Positions 17,506 through 26,841 of a stretch of 64,000 nt of DNA are shown here, one piece after another. This stretch comes from Patescibacteria group bacterium (lineage in GTDB: Bacteria > Patescibacteriota > Minisyncoccia > UBA6257 > UBA9933), in NCBI GenBank assembly GCA_038078555.1, contig JBBTYQ010000005.1:6266-70265 (forward strand), written 5' to 3'. Numbering within the stretch: the first letter of the stretch is position 1; the number at the start of each line of letters is the position of its first letter. The notes below the pieces were generated by a model. The model searched no databases. It saw nothing but the letters and a program-made list of their open reading frames with translations, and was not told where the DNA came from. The translations under genes were made by a program, and so were the position numbers.

Positions 17506-19107
17506 ATGAAATTTGACATATTAAAACTTTTTACGCGGGACGAACCGATTGCGGGAGTGGAAATAAACGATGATTTTATTCGGCTGGCGCTTTTAGATAT
17601 TAAGAGTAATGAGTCAGACAAGAAGCTAGGCAAGAAACTTGAAAAACCAGAAAAAAATATTCAAGTTATAGAAATCAAGGCGCTTGGCGAAAAATCCTTA
17701 AAAGAAGGCGTTATTATAAACGGCGAATTAAAAGATAAAGCGTCGTTTGTGGGCGCATTAAATAATTTATTAGGAGAAATCAAGCCAAGGATAAGATACG
17801 CTATAATTTCTTTGCCGTCCAATAATGTTTATTCCCGCATCTATTCTTTTCCTAAAACCGTAAGCAGTGAAAAAATAGAAGATGCGATGAAATTATCCAT
17901 TGGTTTTCAATTGCCCAATAAAACGGAAGATATTTATCTTGATTGGGAAAAAGGGGAAAGTCAGAAAAATATATTTAACGGAGAAAAAATAGCCGATCAA
18001 ATAGATAATAATATCAGCGAAAAAAAAGAAATCTTTTTGGCGTCAATTTCTAAAGCGCAAGTCAATAATTACTTGGAAGTTTTTAATTTATCCGGTCTTA
18101 ATGCGGTTGCTGTTGAATTTCATCCAATGAGCATTTTAAGAGCTATTGACGCACCCAGCGGCAAAAATATCGCATTTTTGGTTTTTAAGAAGGATGGCGC
18201 AGAAATTGTTATTGCCGAAAATAAAATAATCAAGTTTAGTCGATTTTTGCCGTTGAATTTTTTGAAGGAAAAAAGCATATTTATTGAGGAAATCAGGAAA
18301 ATTATTGATTTTTATGAATCAGAAAATTCGGTTGAGATATCTGATATTAGAATTGTCGGCGATGATAAGGGTTCAATGAATTCAAGCCAGTTGTCAAAGC
18401 CGATTTTGCCTGCAAAAATTATCAAGTCTATTTTAAATCTGGAGAGCATTAAATCTTCCGGTAAAATAACCGTTATAAAAGAAGAAAACAATCAATGGTT
18501 GGCATCTTTAGGAGCGGCTTTGCGGGGCATTTTACCAAGACCGGAAGATGAATTGATTAGCTTGATGCCTATTGGTACGGAAGAAGCTTATGAAAATCAG
18601 AAAGCTATTGTTTTTTCAGAATTTATTGCCAATTTAACCATTGGCCTTTCCGTGTTTTTCGTTGTTGTTTTTGTCGGCGCGTGGATTTTAATGCTGTCTT
18701 TTCAGAAAAATTTCGAGCAGCGGCTCAACATTTTGAATTCTTTGCCTTTGCCGGCAGAAGCCGCTAATTTAGAAGAGCGGGCAAAAAATTTTAACGAACA
18801 AGCGGAAAAATCAAGCATTATTTTATCAACTATTCCGAATTGGAGCTCTGTTTTGGAAGAATTAAAAGCGAGAACAGTATCGGGCATACTAATAAATAAT
18901 TTATCTATAGCCGCGCCGGTTGATGCGATAAATTTAAAAGGAGTCGCTCAAAATCGCGACCAGTTGAATTTATTTAAGAAAACGCTTGAAGGTTCGGCTA
19001 TTTTCATTGATATAAAATTACCCCTAACAAATTTAGAGGCCAAAGAGAATGTGCCATTTTCTCTATCATTTCGTTTAAAAGATCCGAATATTATTTATGC
19101 CCAGTAA
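17506..19107 (+). CDS. PilM-like actin-fold protein fused to a PilN-like membrane segment
   Basis: N-terminus IAGVEINDDFIRLALLD resembles the PilM start. Internal TM (LTIGLSVFFVVVFVGAWILMLSF) is followed by a periplasmic tail. Position is upstream of the pilO-like gene. Confidence 0.6.
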   Translation: MKFDILKLFTRDEPIAGVEINDDFIRLALLDIKSNESDKKLGKKLEKPEKNIQVIEIKALGEKSLKEGVIINGELKDKASFVGALNNLLGEIKPRIRYAIISLPSNNVYSRIYSFPKTVSSEKIEDAMKLSIGFQLPNKTEDIYLDWEKGESQKNIFNGEKIADQIDNNISEKKEIFLASISKAQVNNYLEVFNLSGLNAVAVEFHPMSILRAIDAPSGKNIAFLVFKKDGAEIVIAENKIIKFSRFLPLNFLKEKSIFIEEIRKIIDFYESENSVEISDIRIVGDDKGSMNSSQLSKPILPAKIIKSILNLESIKSSGKITVIKEENNQWLASLGAALRGILPRPEDELISLMPIGTEEAYENQKAIVFSEFIANLTIGLSVFFVVVFVGAWILMLSFQKNFEQRLNILNSLPLPAEAANLEERAKNFNEQAEKSSIILSTIPNWSSVLEELKARTVSGILINNLSIAAPVDAINLKGVAQNRDQLNLFKKTLEGSAIFIDIKLPLTNLEAKENVPFSLSFRLKDPNIIYAQ

Positions 19108-19618
19108 AAATAAAGTTTTTACGATAATTTTTAAGAATTTTTTAAAAGCCGTTGCGGCAATTATTATTGCAATTATTGCGCTTTTATTTTTCAGCCGGCA
19201 AATTGTAAAAATTAGCGAGTCGTTGGCAGAACAACGGGCTTCGGCTTTTATTTTGGAGAAAAAAAATGATGTAATAACTCAGCTTAGCGAAGATTTTAAT
19301 CTTATTGGAGACGCGGATAAAAAAATAGAAAACGCTTTTCCGCCCGCAGAGAATATTTTGGGATTTGTTGCGGCCCTGGAAACTCTCTCAAACCAAACTT
19401 CATTAAATCAGGTTTTGAGTTTTGGCACGCCGGTTGTTTCAAGTATTGATTATAATATCAAGCTTAGCGGAAATATTTCTAATCTGATAAGTTATTTGAA
19501 GCGTTTTGAAAAGCTCCCGTATTTTACGGAAATTTCATCGATAAATTTAAGCGCTTCAAGCGGAAATTGGGAAAACGATTCGTTGATTTCTTTAGAAGCT
19601 AAAATTCATACAAAATGA
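19097..19618 (+). CDS. PilO-like bitopic membrane protein
   Basis: Single N-terminal TM (AVAAIIIAIIALLFF). Overlaps the pilMN stop. The assignment is positional only. Confidence 0.4.
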   Translation: MPSKNKVFTIIFKNFLKAVAAIIIAIIALLFFSRQIVKISESLAEQRASAFILEKKNDVITQLSEDFNLIGDADKKIENAFPPAENILGFVAALETLSNQTSLNQVLSFGTPVVSSIDYNIKLSGNISNLISYLKRFEKLPYFTEISSINLSASSGNWENDSLISLEAKIHTK

Positions 19619-20217
19619 CACTGGAAGTAATTTTAAAAAAAATAAAACTGAAAAAGGTTATTTACCCGATCATTACTTTGGGAATTTTATTAATAGTGGC
19701 TATTGTTTTTGCTTATTCGGCAAAATTTTTATCTCATTCCATCAATAAGGCTCTGTTTCTTGACAGCGCATTGGCCGAATCTCTTTTAATAAAACTTGAT
19801 TTGGGTAAATTTAATTTGATAGCCAATAAATTATCCATTGAAATAAACCTTGTAGTTCCTGAAAAGCCTCAAGTAGAAGAAGCGGCAATCCCCTTAGAAG
19901 AATCAAAAAAAGACGACATTGAATCAGCTCAATTAGACAAAACTGCGGTAAAAATTGCGATTTTAAATAGCACTAAAACAAAAGGCCTAGCCGCTGACCT
20001 TGAAAATTTTTTGATAACTGCCGGTTTTCTAATTGAGCATACGGGAAATACTTCTCCGCTTGAAGCATCAACGGTTATTAAGATAAAAGAAAGTAAAAAT
20101 AATTACAAAACTCTTATAAGAGAAGCCGTCTCTCAAAAATATCAGTTAGCCGAGGACCAAATACTTCAAGAAAGCGAGGAAAATGATATTATTATAATAA
20201 TCGGTTCACCCCGTTAG
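19615..20217 (+). CDS. membrane-anchored LytR_C (LytR/CpsA/Psr C-terminal) domain protein
   Basis: N-terminal TM. C-terminal VKIAILNSTKTKGLAADLENFLITAGF...STVIKIK pattern typical of LytR_C. Confidence 0.55.
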   Translation: MTLEVILKKIKLKKVIYPIITLGILLIVAIVFAYSAKFLSHSINKALFLDSALAESLLIKLDLGKFNLIANKLSIEINLVVPEKPQVEEAAIPLEESKKDDIESAQLDKTAVKIAILNSTKTKGLAADLENFLITAGFLIEHTGNTSPLEASTVIKIKESKNNYKTLIREAVSQKYQLAEDQILQESEENDIIIIIGSPR

Positions 20218-20221
20218 AGAA
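20208..20221. repeat. left arm of a 14-bp perfect inverted repeat bracketing the GIY-YIG ORF
   Basis: ACCCCGTTAGAGAA. Its reverse complement TTCTCTAACGGGGT is at 20474-20487. Confidence 0.9.
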
Positions 20222-20228
20222 TAGTTCA

Positions 20229-20489
20229 ATGATATACACTTACGTCATAAAAAGTAAAAAAGACAGGAAATGGTACACCGGTTCTACTAATGATTTACGG
20301 AAACGCTTTAAGCAGCACAGTAATAACGAAATATCGTCTACAAAGGGACGAGGGCCCTTTATGCTTATTTATTATGAGGCCTGTGTTAATGATCATGACG
20401 CAAGGGTGAGAGAAAAATATTTGAAAACAGGAATGGGTAAAAGATATTTAAAGAATCGCTTAAAGCGTTTCTTTTCTCTAACGGGGTAA
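20229..20489 (+). CDS. stand-alone GIY-YIG nuclease-domain protein (86 aa)
   Basis: IYTYVI...KWYTGSTNDLRKRFKQH...REKYLK, i.e. GIY-(x10)-YTG, conserved Arg and Glu. Confidence 0.85.
   Translation: MIYTYVIKSKKDRKWYTGSTNDLRKRFKQHSNNEISSTKGRGPFMLIYYEACVNDHDARVREKYLKTGMGKRYLKNRLKRFFSLTG
20474..20487. repeat. right arm of the 14-bp inverted repeat
   Basis: TTCTCTAACGGGGT. Overlaps the last codons of the GIY-YIG ORF. Confidence 0.9.
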
Positions 20490-20501
20490 ATAAGATTTTT
20501 T

Positions 20502-21917
20502 ATGTCTCTACGCCAAAAATTAATTTTAACTCTTGGTTTATCTGTTGTTTTAATAATCAGCATAGTTTTTTATTTTTTAGAGATTAACTTAAAAACTCAT
20601 TTAAAAGAGCAGGCATTTAATAATCTTCGAGTTATTGCCGAAATAAATGAAGGAGCTTATTTTATGTTCATTGAAACTTTAAAAACAAGAGTTTTAGATT
20701 GGAGCTCTGATGGATATATCAGGGAAATGGCGGAAAAAATCACAGAATCTCAAAAAGAGAGCGATATTAATGAGTTAAGCAGTTACTTGCGGGAAAGAAA
20801 AATGCCATATGACCATTCGGTAATTTTAGTTGATGTTTTGGATAAAAATGGAATTGTTGTCGCTTCTTCAAGAGATGAGAGGCTTGGATTAGATGAAAAA
20901 GCTGAGGAAGAAAAAATAAAAGCTCATCGCTTCAGTGAAGCGATAAATTCCGATTTTGGAGAATCTTTCACAACCAGCATGATTTATGAATTTGACGAGC
21001 ATGACGAACCGATGATTCATTTGGTTACCAAGATCTTTTCGCTCTCAAGGGATTCTGAAAATAAATTCAAACCATTAGATGCTGTTTTATTGATACATTT
21101 TTCCGAAACCAGTCGGTTTGGTAATATTTTGAGCGGCAAGTGGCAAGAGGGAGAAGGCGCGTTAAGCGGGCAGGCGCTTTATGATAATTATAAAACAGCG
21201 GAAACTTATCTTGTTAACAGCGATCGGCTGATGATTACGCCCTCGCGTTTTATAGAAGATTCTATTTTAAAAATAAATGTTAATACCAAGCCGGTTGAAG
21301 AATGTTTTGAAAGAGAAAAAGAAGTAGTTGGCGAATACCTTAATTATGCGGGCGAGAAAGTATTTGGAGCGTCAATGTGCTTAAAAAGAGACAATGCGGT
21401 ATTAATAACCGAAGTCAAACCTGATGAGATTTTTACGCCGACCGAAGAATTGAAAAAAGATTTTATCTTAAGCGGATTTTTAGTCGTATTTTTAAGCCTT
21501 CTGATGATTATTTTACTTAGCCAGCTTCTTTTAAGGGAATTAAAAAGCGTTTCCGATGCTGCCGATAAAATTTCTGAAGGCGATTTAAGCGCTCGAATAA
21601 AAACAAAATCAAAAGATGAAATAGGCCGTTTGGCGATTGTATTTAATAAAATGCTGGATAAAATAGAAAATTCTCGACTGGAGCTGGAAAAAGTTAATTC
21701 CAGCTTAACTGAAAAAGTGAAGGGAAAAACATCTGAACTTGAAATGGCAAAAAATAGTTTGGAGCGCGAAGTTAGCGAGCAAACAGTTCAATTAAAAGAA
21801 AAATTATCCGAGTTGGAAAAATTCAAAAAACTTACTATTGGACGAGAATTAAAGATGATTGAACTTAAGAAAAAAATAGAAGAATTAGAAAAAGGCCATG
21901 GCGACACTAGCCACTAA
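20502..21917 (+). CDS. membrane sensor with extracytoplasmic domain, HAMP domain and coiled coil, no kinase domain
   Basis: TM1 (LILTLGLSVVLIISIVFYFL); roughly 290-aa external region; TM2 (FLVVFLSLLMIILLSQLLL); HAMP (LKSVSDAADKISEGDLSARIKTKSKDEIGRLAIVFNKMLDKIE); long coiled coil to the end. Confidence 0.7.
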   Translation: MSLRQKLILTLGLSVVLIISIVFYFLEINLKTHLKEQAFNNLRVIAEINEGAYFMFIETLKTRVLDWSSDGYIREMAEKITESQKESDINELSSYLRERKMPYDHSVILVDVLDKNGIVVASSRDERLGLDEKAEEEKIKAHRFSEAINSDFGESFTTSMIYEFDEHDEPMIHLVTKIFSLSRDSENKFKPLDAVLLIHFSETSRFGNILSGKWQEGEGALSGQALYDNYKTAETYLVNSDRLMITPSRFIEDSILKINVNTKPVEECFEREKEVVGEYLNYAGEKVFGASMCLKRDNAVLITEVKPDEIFTPTEELKKDFILSGFLVVFLSLLMIILLSQLLLRELKSVSDAADKISEGDLSARIKTKSKDEIGRLAIVFNKMLDKIENSRLELEKVNSSLTEKVKGKTSELEMAKNSLEREVSEQTVQLKEKLSELEKFKKLTIGRELKMIELKKKIEELEKGHGDTSH

Positions 21918-21944
21918 CCGCTTATCACTTATAATTAAATTAAT

Positions 21945-22445
21945 ATGGATTTAAATAAAACCGATGACCAAAAAGAATTTAATCGCAATCCGGCCGAGCT
22001 TGATATTGGCCAGCTTTTGCCGTTAAGGCCGACCATGGGCGATTCCGTGCCTGTTTTGCTCTGGAGATTAATCAGAATCAGCGGTTTGCATAAAGTTTTT
22101 GAAGAAGAAACGCCCACAATGAGTTATTTTATTGGCAAGCATATCGGAGAAATGTTGAAAGTTGATAATTTAGAAAATCTTAAAGATAAATTAGCCGATT
22201 TAAAAATCGGAAAAATAAATTTTATTGTCAATTCTGATGATAACGTGGAATTTGAAATAGCGGAATGCATTACTTGCAGCGGTATTACGCCGCCTTTAGG
22301 CCGTCCCATTTGCCAGTTGGAGGCAGGCATTATTGCCGGAGCCTTGGAAAACATTTATCTAGGGAAAAAAGTAGTCAGTGAAGAAACAAAATGCATAGGC
22401 GGCTTGGGCGATAAGACGTGTGTAATTGAGTGCAAAATAGTATAA
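21945..22445 (+). CDS. V4R (4-vinyl reductase-like) small-molecule-binding domain protein
   Basis: C-terminal pattern ECITCSG...PICQLEAGIIAGALE...SEETKCIGGLGDKTCVIEC matches my recollection of the V4R Cys/Gly pattern. Confidence 0.55.
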   Translation: MDLNKTDDQKEFNRNPAELDIGQLLPLRPTMGDSVPVLLWRLIRISGLHKVFEEETPTMSYFIGKHIGEMLKVDNLENLKDKLADLKIGKINFIVNSDDNVEFEIAECITCSGITPPLGRPICQLEAGIIAGALENIYLGKKVVSEETKCIGGLGDKTCVIECKIV

Positions 22446-22451
22446 ATTAAA

Positions 22452-23762
22452 ATGATAGATATAAATTTTAATAGAATAAAACTTGCTCACAAGGAAGAAG
22501 CAGATTATGAAAGGTCAAGAACAAAAGTGCTTGAAAAAATTTTAGATAGAAAAACGGCAGAAAGTAATATAAGGCTAAAAGAAAAAATTAGCGAAGCAGA
22601 AAAATCGGAATCCGCCTTGTTTAATATTCTTGAAGATGTTAAAGAGATGGAGGATGTTTTAAAAGAAAAAGGGGAAAGATTGAAAACTATTATTTCCGCA
22701 ATGGGAGACGGATTGCTGGTTATAGATAGAGATTATAGGATTCAATTAATGAATCCGACAGCCGAACGATTGCTTGAAATTGATACTTTGGGGGTAATCG
22801 GCCAGGATGCAAAAAAATTTATAATAATGTATAAAGGCGATCAATTGCTTCCCGATGACGAGCGGCCGGTTGCCCGAATGTTTAAAAATCGCCAGTCAGT
22901 GATAATTTCCAGCCCTGAAGAAGATTTGTATTATCAAACCGTTAACGGCAAGAAATTTCCCGTGGCTATATCAGTTACGCCATTATTGCAGGATAACGGA
23001 ATTTCCGGAGCAGTAGTTGTTTTTCGGGATATCAGCGACACAAAAGCGTTGGATGAGGCGCGAAAAAGTTTTATTTCCTTGGCTTCGCATCAATTGCGCT
23101 CTCCACTTACTGTTATCCGCTGGTATGTAGAACTTTTTAATTCCGACGAATTCGGGAAACTGACTAAAAAACAAAAAGGTTTTCTTAATGATATTCACGT
23201 TTCCGCTTTAAAATTAATAGATACGATAGATTTATTTTTGTCCTTATCAAGAGCAGAAAGCGGCAAAATGGAACTCAATTTGGCCAAAGCCGATATTTTA
23301 GCTTTTACCAAAGGGATTATTAAGGAATTAACTCCGCTGTTTAAAGAAAAGAAACTTAAAGCAAGCCTTGATTTTAAGGGCTCGGTGCTAGAAACTAATT
23401 TTGACGCTTCGCTATTAAGGCAGGTTTTGATTAACCTGATTTCTAATGCCGTTCGTTATACTAATGAAAGCGGTAAGATAGAAATCGGACTGGATAAAAA
23501 TTCTAAAGAAGTAGTTTGTTTTGTTAAAGACGACGGCATTGGCATACCGGAGAATCAGAAAGATAAAGTATTTGGCAAGTTTTTTAGAGCTGACAATGCT
23601 ATTACTAAAATTCAGAATGGCACGGGACTGGGTTTGTCTTTAGTTAAGGCGTTGGTAGAAACCTGGAAAGGACGAGTTTGGTTTGAGTCTCCGGCAACTT
23701 GGTTAATTAAAGGTCGTCAAGAAAAAAAAGGCACAATTTTTTATTTCACAATACCAATTTAA
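22452..23762 (+). CDS. soluble PAS-domain sensor histidine kinase
   Basis: Coiled coil; PAS (MGDGLLVIDRDYRIQLMNPTAERLL); H-box SHQLRSPLT; N box LINLISNAVRYT; G boxes DDGIGIP and GTGLGLSLV. Confidence 0.85.
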   Translation: MIDINFNRIKLAHKEEADYERSRTKVLEKILDRKTAESNIRLKEKISEAEKSESALFNILEDVKEMEDVLKEKGERLKTIISAMGDGLLVIDRDYRIQLMNPTAERLLEIDTLGVIGQDAKKFIIMYKGDQLLPDDERPVARMFKNRQSVIISSPEEDLYYQTVNGKKFPVAISVTPLLQDNGISGAVVVFRDISDTKALDEARKSFISLASHQLRSPLTVIRWYVELFNSDEFGKLTKKQKGFLNDIHVSALKLIDTIDLFLSLSRAESGKMELNLAKADILAFTKGIIKELTPLFKEKKLKASLDFKGSVLETNFDASLLRQVLINLISNAVRYTNESGKIEIGLDKNSKEVVCFVKDDGIGIPENQKDKVFGKFFRADNAITKIQNGTGLGLSLVKALVETWKGRVWFESPATWLIKGRQEKKGTIFYFTIPI

Positions 23763-23768
23763 TTTATC

Positions 23769-24131
23769 ATGAAGAAAGTTTTAATAATTGAAGACGACGA
23801 AGCAATTTCAAGAGTTTACTCTATTAAATTAAATCAGGGAAAAGCGGAAACAATTATCGCTTCTGACGGCGAAGAAGGTTTTAAAAAAATTACTTCGGAA
23901 AAACCCGATTTAATTTTACTTGACTTGATGCTTCCTAATAAAGACGGTTTTTGGGTTTTGGAAGAAATTGCCAAGCATGCAGAGCTTAAAAAAATTCCTG
24001 TTTTAATTTTATCTAATCTCGGCCAGCAGGCTGATATTGATAGGGCAATGAAGTTGGGCGCTAAAGATTATTTTATAAAAACCAGCATTTCGGTTAATGA
24101 AATGGCGGAAAAAATCAATAAATATCTTTAA
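23769..24131 (+). CDS. single-domain response regulator (CheY-like receiver only)
   Basis: VLIIEDDE...DLILLDLMLP...PVLILSNLG...GAKDYFIK. 120 aa with no output domain. Confidence 0.9.
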   Translation: MKKVLIIEDDEAISRVYSIKLNQGKAETIIASDGEEGFKKITSEKPDLILLDLMLPNKDGFWVLEEIAKHAELKKIPVLILSNLGQQADIDRAMKLGAKDYFIKTSISVNEMAEKINKYL

Positions 24132-24287
24132 GCGCTTAACGCAACAAGTTGTCGAAAGAATCAGAAAAAGTCTGGCATTATAAACTCGTTATGGTGTGTG
24201 GGTTATCCACAGCCATTGCTTGTTTTTATTTCTGCATAATTTAAAATAATAGAAACAAGTCGTTTTAATTTATTTATAAAATAATTT

Positions 24288-24986
24288 ATGACACAGCCAA
24301 GAGGAATAAGAGAAATAGGGAAAAAAGGTTTTACGCTTTTGGAGCTTTTAATTGTTATCGGCATTATTGCCGTATTATCAGTTGCTATTATTTTCGTGCT
24401 CGACCCGGCGGAAACTTTAAGGAAATCGCGCGATGCTCAGAGGATGTCGGATTTAGCAACGCTTAAAACCGCTTTGGGAATCTATGTAACAAGTAAAACT
24501 ACGCCTTATTTGGCAGGCGCAGCTTCTAATACGGCTTGCAAAACTAATTCTGGTTATGCTTCCGGCGATAAAGTATATTACAGCTATTCCAGCGATTCGC
24601 CTGGCGCCCTTATTACTGATACCACTCTTGACGGAGGAACAACCGATCCTTCTGCCGGTCAAGTGTTTAACTCTTCTACCTCGCTTACCAATGCCACGGG
24701 TTGGCTGCCGGTTAATTTAGACAGCTTAACGGGCGGTTCTCCGATATCGGCAATGCCGACTGATCCGGTAAATACTATTGCTACTCCGTCGGCAGTTGTT
24801 TCGACCGATTTAGTTTATCGATATGTTTGCAATTCCGATACGCTTAAATATGAAATTGACGCTCAATTGGAAAGCACCGCTTATACCAGCGATGATAATA
24901 AGCGCACCAAAGACGGCGGCAATAACAGCAACTATTATGAAGTTGGCACGGGCTTGAATATTTTAGGCAGCGGAACGGATTTCTAA
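24288..24986 (+). CDS. type IV pilin (major-pilin candidate of locus 1)
   Basis: Leader MTQPRGIREIGKKG, then FTLLELLIVIGIIAVLSVAI...RDAQRMSDL. Followed by a strong terminator, consistent with a highly expressed monocistron. Confidence 0.85.
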   Translation: MTQPRGIREIGKKGFTLLELLIVIGIIAVLSVAIIFVLDPAETLRKSRDAQRMSDLATLKTALGIYVTSKTTPYLAGAASNTACKTNSGYASGDKVYYSYSSDSPGALITDTTLDGGTTDPSAGQVFNSSTSLTNATGWLPVNLDSLTGGSPISAMPTDPVNTIATPSAVVSTDLVYRYVCNSDTLKYEIDAQLESTAYTSDDNKRTKDGGNNSNYYEVGTGLNILGSGTDF

Positions 24987-25004
24987 AATAAATAAAAAAT
25001 AAAA

Positions 25005-25033
25005 AACAGCCCCGCAAAAAGGGGCTGTTTTTA
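25005..25033 (+). terminator. rho-independent terminator after the pilin gene
   Basis: AACAGCCCC-gcaaaaa-GGGGCTGTT followed by a T-run. Confidence 0.85.
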
Positions 25034-25045
25034 TTATAATAAAAA

Positions 25046-25054
25046 TGATATAAT
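25046..25054 (+). promoter_or_regulatory. extended -10 promoter element TGATATAAT upstream of pilB-1
   Basis: TG-n-TATAAT at 25046-25054. No good -35. In an AT-rich context, so only moderate confidence. Confidence 0.4.
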
Positions 25055-25063
25055 TTTTTTAAG

Positions 25064-25127
25064 AAAAGCTTGCTAACTAATTAGCTAAACAACAAAACCG
25101 CTAAAAAGCCAAAGAGCTTTAATATGC
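25064..25127 (+). promoter_or_regulatory. phased 8-nt AGCT repeat array in the pilB-1 leader
   Basis: AAAAGCTT GCTAACTA ATTAGCTA AACAACAA AACCGCTA AAAAGCCA AAGAGCTT TAATATGC. The ATG is at 25124. Confidence 0.6.
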
Positions 25128-26839
25128 ACATTGTAGAGGAAAAATTAAAATCAATTTTTAAAAAATCAGGGCTTGTTGACGATAAAGTTTTTGAATCCGC
25201 TAAAGAAGAATCTTTAAGGTCGTCGCAGACTATTGCTGATGTATTAATTGGACGCGGAACAATTCCCGAGGATTATATGGTTGAACTTTTACAGCCTTAT
25301 TTTGGCGCAAAAATAGTTGATTTGAAAAAAATAATTATTCCGCCGGAAATTTTGGAATTAGTGCCGGAATCTTATGCTAAATCAAAAAAAGTAATTATTT
25401 TTGAGATTGATAAGGAAAATAATATTGTCAAAGCGGCCATGATTGACCCCTTGGATTACGACGTTCTAGAATTTTTAAGAGCTAAGCTGGACGCTTGGGT
25501 AGAACCGCATTTAACAACTCAAAGCAGTTTAAAATACGGGCTTAAGCAATATAAGAAAAAAATAAATTTGGAATTTAATAAAATAATTGCGGAAAATATT
25601 GAAAAAACTCTTTCGGTCGTGGGTGAACCGGATTTGAATAAAATGGCCGAAGCGGTTCCGATTATCACTATTTTAGACAGCATAATTGAGCAGGCAGTTA
25701 TTTTGGGGGCTTCCGATATTCATTTTGAGCCGTTAGCCAAAGAAGTTTTGATAAGATACCGGGTTGACGGAGTGATGCAGGAGATTTTAAGTTTGCCTAA
25801 AATAATTGCGCCGATTTTAGTTGCTCGGGTAAAAGTTTTAGCCAGCCTTTTAATTGACGAACATCGTTTGCCTCAAGATGGCCGCTTTAAATTCGAGCTT
25901 GAAGATATAAGCATTGATATCCGCGTCAATATAATGCCGGTTTTTCACGGAGAAAAAGTTGAAATGCGTATTTTAAAAAGTTCAGCTCGGCCGATTGGCT
26001 TGGAAGAGCTTGGCCTTTCAAAAAAAGCCGTTGATTTAATTTATGGGGAAATCAAGAAAACCCACGGCATGATTTTAGTAACTGGTCCGACTGGCCACGG
26101 AAAAACCACAACCCTTTATTCAATTTTACAAATTTTAAATACTTCAAAAGTAAATATTACTACCATTGAAGACCCGATTGAGTACGAAATTTCGCGCATT
26201 AATCAAACTCAAGTAAATACTAAAGCTGGTATTACTTTTGCCAATGGTTTGCGGTCGCTTTTAAGGCAGAATCCCGACATAATTATGATTGGCGAAATTC
26301 GCGATAATGAAACCGTTGATATTGCAGTGCATTCGGCCTTAACCGGCCATTTGGTGCTTTCCTCGCTTCATACCAACGACGCCGCCAGCGCTTTGCCGAG
26401 ATTATTAGATATGGGCGCGCCGGCTTTTCTTCTTTCCTCGACTGTTAATATGATTGTGGCTCAGAGATTGGTGAGAAAAATTTGCAGTTTTTGCATTGAA
26501 TCTTATCCAATCACTCCGGAAATAAAAAGGCTGATTATGGCCCAATTATCGGCTGTTCCGGAAACGCCGATTAAAGCAAAAAATCTTCCAACAAGATTAT
26601 TCCGGGGCAAGGGATGTAAGATTTGCAATAATTCCGGCTTTCATGGGCAAATCGGCGTATTTGAAGTTTTAAGAGTTACGGATAGTATCCGGGAATTGTT
26701 GCTGAAGTTGGTGCCGGTTGGAGAAATAAGAAAACGCGCTATTAAAGAAGGTATGACGACTTTATTTGAAGATGGCTTGGATAAGGTCGAAAGAGGAACA
26801 ACGACGATTGAAGAAGTGTTAAGAGTAATCAGAGAATAG
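25124..26839 (+). CDS. pilB: type IV pilus assembly ATPase PilB (GspE family), copy 1
   Basis: Walker A GPTGHGKTT; Walker B/Asp box DIIMIGEIRD; His box GHLVLSSLHTND; tetracysteine CSFC...CKIC; N-terminal T2SSE_N-like region. Confidence 0.9.
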   Translation: MHIVEEKLKSIFKKSGLVDDKVFESAKEESLRSSQTIADVLIGRGTIPEDYMVELLQPYFGAKIVDLKKIIIPPEILELVPESYAKSKKVIIFEIDKENNIVKAAMIDPLDYDVLEFLRAKLDAWVEPHLTTQSSLKYGLKQYKKKINLEFNKIIAENIEKTLSVVGEPDLNKMAEAVPIITILDSIIEQAVILGASDIHFEPLAKEVLIRYRVDGVMQEILSLPKIIAPILVARVKVLASLLIDEHRLPQDGRFKFELEDISIDIRVNIMPVFHGEKVEMRILKSSARPIGLEELGLSKKAVDLIYGEIKKTHGMILVTGPTGHGKTTTLYSILQILNTSKVNITTIEDPIEYEISRINQTQVNTKAGITFANGLRSLLRQNPDIIMIGEIRDNETVDIAVHSALTGHLVLSSLHTNDAASALPRLLDMGAPAFLLSSTVNMIVAQRLVRKICSFCIESYPITPEIKRLIMAQLSAVPETPIKAKNLPTRLFRGKGCKICNNSGFHGQIGVFEVLRVTDSIRELLLKLVPVGEIRKRAIKEGMTTLFEDGLDKVERGTTTIEEVLRVIRE

Positions 26840-26841
26840 TT

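Noticed and set aside
5706-24211. Two perfect DnaA-box 9-mers TTATCCACA (5706-5714 and 24203-24211), both next to pilin genes
   Set aside because: They are single, isolated boxes 18.5 kb apart, with no clustered boxes, AT-rich unwinding element or dnaA/dnaN nearby. About 0.5 occurrences are expected by chance in 64 kb on two strands under uniform composition. This is not an origin, and a regulatory role is untestable from sequence.
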